Below are positions 16,196-21,303 of a DNA stretch of 21,303 nt, piece by piece. The stretch comes from a bacterium (GTDB taxonomy: Bacteria; Zhuqueibacterota; Zhuqueibacteria; Zhuqueibacterales; Zhuqueibacteraceae). The DNA lies in NCBI GenBank assembly GCA_044869275.1, contig JBIOXB010000235.1, positions 1 to 21,303 of the forward strand, written 5' to 3'. How positions within the stretch are numbered: position 1 is the stretch's first letter; every line of letters begins with the position of its first letter. The notes under the pieces were generated by a model that worked only from the letters and a program-made list of their open reading frames with translations, had not been told where the DNA came from and searched no databases. A program made the position numbers and the translations under genes.

Positions 16196-16990
16196 CTAAG
16201 CACAGACCCCTCGAATTTCGAAATCATTCTTGCCGAAATTAATGATGACACCAACTTTCAAATTTAATGCTCGTAAATATGATTGCGTCTTGGCGATGTC
16301 GTAAAAGTCAATTTTTTCGTGGAGAGCTTTGATGTCGCAAATGATGCGATTCTCAATGAGCAGCGGCTTCATTTTGAATACACTGATGATTTCACCATCA
16401 TAATTCACCTCAATGGGGGTTCGCTTTTGGTGCTTGATTTCTCGAAAATCAAGTTCTCTCTCGAGGATTTGTCGGTAAGTGACATCGCTATAGCCTAAGC
16501 CATGTATTTCAAACACATGGAGAATCGCGTCGCGCAATCTAGCGAGAATTTCCCTATCTTGTGCGGTTAAGCAATCTATGATGTAATCATAGTTTTCGCG
16601 AATTATTCTCTCCTTTTCTGTAAAAGGAATGCGTTCGATCGCGACTTTTTGCAAGCCGAAATTCACCAGCAAGCCCAGGTGCATCTGCCAAAGCTTCAAT
16701 TCTGAAATGATTTGCACGTAATTGGGTTTGATAAAACCAGAAGCTAATGCCTTAAGTTCCAAAATGATCTTATCAAACGTGATCAGATCGACTTTAAACT
16801 CTCGCACTGAACGGCCGCGATGTATCAACGCTTTTCGTTCTTCTGATCGATGCTCGATGCCTCGTTTGCGAAAGCGTCGGTTGAGAGCCTCGTGATAAGT
16901 AAATTCGTCATACCCAACACCGAGTGCATTGTGAACCTCAAAGAAGCATCCGATCAATTCACTGGTCAAGTTTTCATAAATAAGCCCCAT
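16196..16990 (-). CDS. Tandem two-domain GxxExxY protein
   Basis: Domain 1 has GVGYDEFTY...KVDLITFDKIILELKA...GLLVNFG. Domain 2 has GLGYSDVTY...IICDIKA...GVIINFG. GGAGG RBS; low GC. Confidence 0.92.
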   Translation of the reverse strand: MGLIYENLTSELIGCFFEVHNALGVGYDEFTYHEALNRRFRKRGIEHRSEERKALIHRGRSVREFKVDLITFDKIILELKALASGFIKPNYVQIISELKLWQMHLGLLVNFGLQKVAIERIPFTEKERIIRENYDYIIDCLTAQDREILARLRDAILHVFEIHGLGYSDVTYRQILERELDFREIKHQKRTPIEVNYDGEIISVFKMKPLLIENRIICDIKALHEKIDFYDIAKTQSYLRALNLKVGVIINFGKNDFEIRGVCA

Positions 16991-17017
16991 TTTTCCTCCC
17001 GCACTTTGTTTTATTTT

Positions 17018-17053
17018 TTTTCATCCGTTGCGTTATTTCTTTCCGTTGGGAAA
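17018..17053. repeat. Upstream arm of the 36-bp inverted repeat
   Basis: TTTTCATCCGTTGCGTTATTTCTTTCCGTTGGGAAA; on the minus strand it begins 2 nt after the stop of the GH105 gene. Confidence 0.92.
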
Positions 17054-17055
17054 TC

Positions 17056-18402
17056 TTATCTACGTGTTTGTGTCTCGACCCGGGGGAAATAATGAAACAA
17101 ATCCCCTCTTCCTCTCACTTCGAATTTCTTCGTCAGCTCAACCAGCTCCGCGCCGGCCAACAGAACCGGCCCATAACCATGATACGCGTGCAGAAGCTGC
17201 GGGCGGTTGGCATAATAGGCCACGTTATAACCCACAGAAGTCCCGCGGCAGACACCGGCGATTTGACCGTCTTCCAGCACTTGCCCTTCCACGGCCCGCC
17301 ATGCCGCTTGCGCCACCGGAGCATAGATGCCTTCAATCCAGCCGCGATTCACCCCGCGCGCGATCGCAAATGCAAACATCGCGCTGCAGGAAGTTTCCAA
17401 ATAGGTTTCATTCTTGTCCAGGATTTGATGCCACAAACCATTCGGGCTTTGCAGCTCCGTGAGTGCGCATACGTTTCTGCGGTAAATATCCAGCACTTGC
17501 TCGCGGCCCGGATGGTTTTCTGGAAGAACGCTCAACAGCTCTGCCATCGCCATAATCGCCCAGCCGTTTTGCCGGCCCCAAAAAAACTTAGGATCGTACT
17601 TGGCGTGACTGAACCAGGCGTGATCAAAAAGGCGCTGGTGCTCGGCAAAAAGATATTTGGAGAAATTCAAAATCTGCTGGACGGCATCATCATAGTATTT
17701 GAGGTTGCCGGTGAGCTTGCCCATGTGCGCGAGAAACGGCACACTCATGTACAGATCATCGGTCCAAAGTGTAAATTCCCACGGGCCATCGCCGGGTCGC
17801 GCCAAGGTTCCATCCTTCAAGCGCACTTGTTTGTTCGAGATGTGATCGGCTATGAGGTCAATGATTTGGCGATAGCGTTTGTCCGGGCGAAGCGCATTTA
17901 GTTTGATCAGGGCCGCGCCCATCGCGCCGCAATGATCCAAGTGGCTGGGCCGGATCACCCGCGCAAAACGATCACCTTGATCCCCGAACTTCTCATTGGC
18001 CGCGCGGATGTAATCGAGATGATCGACGATGAATTTGAAAGTCTTTTCGGCGTAGTCCAGGTAACTCGAATCGCCCGTCACCTGCGTGTACAGAATCATG
18101 CCAGCGTAGGTCACGCCCATTTCGTAGCTCCAAATGCCGTGCTTCCCCGGCAGGCGCGCGGCATACACGTCTTGCGGCGTGCTGAAATCCGTAATCAACG
18201 CGTTCGTCGCGCGGTGGTAAAAACGATAAGGTGTAACCAGTTCTAAATGATCTTTCACTCTGCTTAAGACAGTTTTGACTTCCTCCGGCGTGGGCAAGGT
18301 GTAATTGATATCGGATTGCGCCAGGCCTGCGCCAGGGAACCTCCAACTTATCATGAAAATTGGGACTGCAATCAGTAGAATCATTTTGCGCTTGCTTTGC
18401 AT
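17056..18402 (-). CDS. Glycoside hydrolase family 105/88 (unsaturated uronyl hydrolase), secreted
   Basis: Motifs WSYEMGV, LDHCGAMG, TLWTDDLYMSVPFL, FWGRQNGW, GLWHQILD and YLETSCSAM. AAGGAG RBS before ATG 18402; signal peptide. Confidence 0.92.
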   Translation of the reverse strand: MQSKRKMILLIAVPIFMISWRFPGAGLAQSDINYTLPTPEEVKTVLSRVKDHLELVTPYRFYHRATNALITDFSTPQDVYAARLPGKHGIWSYEMGVTYAGMILYTQVTGDSSYLDYAEKTFKFIVDHLDYIRAANEKFGDQGDRFARVIRPSHLDHCGAMGAALIKLNALRPDKRYRQIIDLIADHISNKQVRLKDGTLARPGDGPWEFTLWTDDLYMSVPFLAHMGKLTGNLKYYDDAVQQILNFSKYLFAEHQRLFDHAWFSHAKYDPKFFWGRQNGWAIMAMAELLSVLPENHPGREQVLDIYRRNVCALTELQSPNGLWHQILDKNETYLETSCSAMFAFAIARGVNRGWIEGIYAPVAQAAWRAVEGQVLEDGQIAGVCRGTSVGYNVAYYANRPQLLHAYHGYGPVLLAGAELVELTKKFEVRGRGDLFHYFPRVETQTRR

Positions 18403-18546
18403 CGCGATCTCCTTACCGCAGCATCTTTCCAACGATCGTTGAATTTTGCTAAAACAAAAAGAATCTGTCATTCAGGAGGAATCCTTTTCAGCATAACCAC
18501 TGCGCCCAAATCTAACAAGATTCAGACTGTGTGAAAACAGGCAGCA

Positions 18547-20322
18547 TCAATTCTCACTTTCTGACTCATTCACTTTGGTCAGAATGATGCGCCGGAACTT
18601 CATCTTTGCCGACTTATCGTTGTCCGTCAATCCAAAAATCAAGCGATTCTCTTCATTCGCCGTCACTTTCACTTTCATCACAGGAAACGGCTTGAACTCG
18701 CCGTTCGTGGCCTGAATCGTTCCGGTGAATTTGTTTTGCTCGTCTTTCATGTTATAAAAATAAAACTCGCTGCCGGCAAGGTCATTGTCGCAGGCATATT
18801 CCAAATTAACTTGATAGACGCCGTTCTCAAAGGCGTGATGATACCACCACAATTCGTTCTTGGGATTGTCCGCCTTGAAAAAACCGGTGACACTGTGCGA
18901 ATTCCAGTCGTAGCGTTGCTCTTCACCACGCATCCGGGCATCCAGGGCATACAAGTTGATCGTGGTTTGGGCCTCGCGATAGCCATACCCCGTTGTGATT
19001 TTCGCCTTTTCGTCTGCGATCTCAACCGCGATGATGGTATTGTAGGGGTCGAGCGGCCGTGCGGGCAGCTTGAAAACGAGCTTGTTGCCTTGCTGCTCGA
19101 ACCTCACTTTTTGTTTGTTGGCAAGAAAGTACGCGCTCTTCACCTTGCTCTCGAGTCCCGCGATTTCGAGCCGTGTGCCCGGCCAGTTTACTATGTGAAA
19201 ATACAGCTTCCCGGGCTTGGCCGTGCATTTCCAAGTGAGGTCGGGGTAGAACAACGGCGTGTGCTGGGTAGCGTAAATCGCTTCGCCATTCACTTTCATC
19301 CATTTGCCGAGGGTGCGCAGAATCTTCTGGCTTTCCTCCGGAATAACGCCGGCGGCGGTCGGGCCGACATTCAGCAAATAATTGCCGCCCTTGCTCACGA
19401 TGTCAGTGAGTTTGTAGATCAGATCGTGCGGATCTTTCCAGTTCTCATCATTCTTTTTGTAACCCCAAGTATCGTTCAGCGTGGCGGGAATTTCCCAGGG
19501 CTTCCAATCGTACACCATCGTTGGAATCGCGTTGTCGCCGGTTTGATAGTAATCGCCCAAATTATAGCCAATGCGATTGTTCACCAGACAGCGCGGCTGC
19601 AACTCCTTCACTTTTTGTTTAAGCGCAAGCGCCTGTTCTTGGGTGAGTAATCTGGGCGTGTCGAACCAGATCAGCGCGAGATCGCCGTACTGGCGGAGAA
19701 GTTCTTCCACCTGCGGCAGGGCTTTCCCCTCCACATACGGATTGGGGTCTCTTGCTTCCGGAAAATCCCAGGTGTTTCCGGCGGCATACGGCTCGTGCCA
19801 ATCCTGCGCTTGCGAATAATAGAACCCAAATTTGAGGCCGCGTTTGGCGTTGGCCGCGGCCAGCTCTTTCATGGGATCGCGCTGGAAGGGCGTGCGGTCG
19901 ATGATGTCGTAATCCGAAACCTTGGAATCGTACATGGCAAAGCCGTCGTGATGCTTCGCGGTGATGACCATGTACTTCATACCGGCGTCTCGCGCGAGCT
20001 GAACCCATTCCTCGGCATTGAATTTTACCGGATTGAATTGCTGCGCGAGTTTTTCGTACTCCGGCACCGGAATGCGCTTGCGATGCATGATCCACTCGCC
20101 GATGCCGCGCACATATTCTCCTTGCCATTCGCCTGCTGCAACGGCGTAGATGCCCCAATGGATGAACAGTCCGAACTTCATGTCCTGAAAATTTTCGAGC
20201 GGAGTTTTGCCGTTCTCTTGCGGGGACTCATCTTTCGGCGTATGAATGGCGTAACCCGGCAGCAGCATACCAATGCATGTCAAAAGGAAGACGGCCTTTT
20301 GCAACAATTTCTGCTTTTCCAT
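18547..20322 (-). CDS. Alpha-L-fucosidase, GH29, with a C-terminal beta-sandwich/CBM-like extension
   Basis: Motifs KFGLFIHWG, GEWIM, AKHHDGFAM, LIWFD, NDTWGY and GGNYLLNVGP; signal peptide. Confidence 0.93.
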   Translation of the reverse strand: MEKQKLLQKAVFLLTCIGMLLPGYAIHTPKDESPQENGKTPLENFQDMKFGLFIHWGIYAVAAGEWQGEYVRGIGEWIMHRKRIPVPEYEKLAQQFNPVKFNAEEWVQLARDAGMKYMVITAKHHDGFAMYDSKVSDYDIIDRTPFQRDPMKELAAANAKRGLKFGFYYSQAQDWHEPYAAGNTWDFPEARDPNPYVEGKALPQVEELLRQYGDLALIWFDTPRLLTQEQALALKQKVKELQPRCLVNNRIGYNLGDYYQTGDNAIPTMVYDWKPWEIPATLNDTWGYKKNDENWKDPHDLIYKLTDIVSKGGNYLLNVGPTAAGVIPEESQKILRTLGKWMKVNGEAIYATQHTPLFYPDLTWKCTAKPGKLYFHIVNWPGTRLEIAGLESKVKSAYFLANKQKVRFEQQGNKLVFKLPARPLDPYNTIIAVEIADEKAKITTGYGYREAQTTINLYALDARMRGEEQRYDWNSHSVTGFFKADNPKNELWWYHHAFENGVYQVNLEYACDNDLAGSEFYFYNMKDEQNKFTGTIQATNGEFKPFPVMKVKVTANEENRLIFGLTDNDKSAKMKFRRIILTKVNESESEN

Positions 20323-20390
20323 CGCACGTTGCCCTTCCGCCGTTAGAGATAAAAAGCAAAAAAGATCACGGGAAACAATCTATTCCGTAG

Positions 20391-20584
20391 GCGATTAGCT
20401 TTTCAAACTCGGAATAAAATTCCAACTTTTTATCGCCAACGGATAGATTAACACCAACTGATGAAAAGACTAAGCGTTTTATCCGTTGGACTTAATCTAT
20501 CAGTTGGAGCCGTCCGCAGGGCAACGGTTTTCATCCCGACCCTTCGGGATGAAAATCCGTTGTAGTCAGTTACAAGTCAAATCT
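20391..20584. repeat. 194-bp structured intergenic element, copy B
   Basis: Homologous to 10685-10878. Contains a 31-bp inverted repeat (20436-20466/20477-20507) and a hairpin at 20522-20562. Confidence 0.8.
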
Positions 20585-20697
20585 CTCTAAGAAAAAACAA
20601 CTTTCTCCCACGGAAATGGAACTGCCACGAAGAAACTGCTTTTGGAAAATCGCTAACCATTCGGCATGCTTTTCCGCAAAGATTTCACTCATAATAT

Positions 20698-21177
20698 TCA
20701 TTGTCCCTCTGAAATAAACTCGCGATACTTCTCCGCCATTCGCTCAGGCGTATGAGCGCTCGACAGGATTAGTACGCGATAGCGAAAAGTAGTCGAGACT
20801 CTCGGCTCGAGAGCGAAATTGAGCTCTTCTTTTCCTTCGCTAAACACTTTCTGACCGAGGGGGTTTGCCGCAAATAAACCGTAGCCGCGCGCATGCCAGT
20901 AACTCGGATAACCGGGGTTGCGGGGGTGATCGAAGATCGCGAGCGTCACGGTGTCGCCCTCGACCAGGCCGGCGAGCATCACCCACGCCGCGCGCTTGCC
21001 CCAAACCTCTGTGCCGGTGAGGCCTTCACTGCTCGTGTACAATCCCGTCACGCCGGCGTTATCCATTACCGGCACTTCCGTGACATGGCCGGCGGCATCA
21101 GTGAGTTTGATCGGTTCGTTGGCAGGGTGCTCCAAAGCGCGAGCCACGCGTATCGCCATCATCCCTTCCTTATTATC
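20698..21177 (-). pseudogene. C-terminal half of a PmoA/DUF6807-family protein, 5'-truncated
   Basis: Family motifs DNKEGMMAIRVA, VWGKRAAW, IFDHPRNPGYPSYWHARGYGLFAANP and FRYRV. An in-frame TGA (21178-21180) lies directly before the internal DxKEG motif, so the N-terminal half is missing. Confidence 0.75.
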
Positions 21178-21303
21178 TCAACTTTCTGACTTGGCGTTTT
21201 AACCGCGATTTTATTGAACTTTCTTGCGGTTTTTGCTGATAGTAATTGAAAAGGCCCTTGTGGTTTGCGTAAATTTGTTCATGCCATTAAACACCTTTTG
21301 AAC
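21177..21303 (-). mobile_element. Probable terminus of an unassigned IS that interrupts the PmoA-family gene
   Basis: Abrupt switch to AT-rich, non-homologous sequence beginning CTCAACTTTCTGAC, which looks like an IS end. A short minus-strand frame ending ...FKRCLMA* could be a transposase tail. Confidence 0.4.

Noticed and set aside
20698..21162. Methane monooxygenase function implied by the PmoA family name
   Set aside because: The sequence is a soluble DUF6807-type fragment in a sugar-utilisation context, with no membrane helices and no pmoB/pmoC genes.

Overview
Bacterial DNA of about 55% GC with AT-rich intergenic regions; the gene and repeat content suggests a KSB1/Calditrichota-like lineage (inference). 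Most of the window is a minus-strand carbohydrate-utilisation cluster. In transcription order it holds a truncated PmoA/DUF6807-family gene, GH29 fucosidase, GH105/GH88 hydrolase, Tat-exported Gfo/Idh/MocA oxidoreductase, galactokinase, alginate-lyase-family protein, RidA, amidohydrolase, GH97, L-fucose isomerase, class II aldolase, aldo-keto reductase and a rhamnulokinase-family kinase. Two things stand out. (1) A ~1.1 kb plus-strand islet (6054-7102) has a MerR-type promoter, a GDCCVxC Cys-rich protein, a membrane-anchored thioredoxin-like selenoprotein and a decayed merT C-terminus. The ORF caller split the selenoprotein at an in-frame UGA (SPT-U-PAC) that is followed by a SECIS-like hairpin. 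(2) Three GxxExxY nuclease-like genes lie between or after operon genes. The two intact ones are bracketed by long inverted repeats made of tandem CACGGA or CAACGGA units, and gene-less versions of similar repeat pairs fill other intergenic gaps. Each end of the window appears to be an IS terminus that interrupts a gene.
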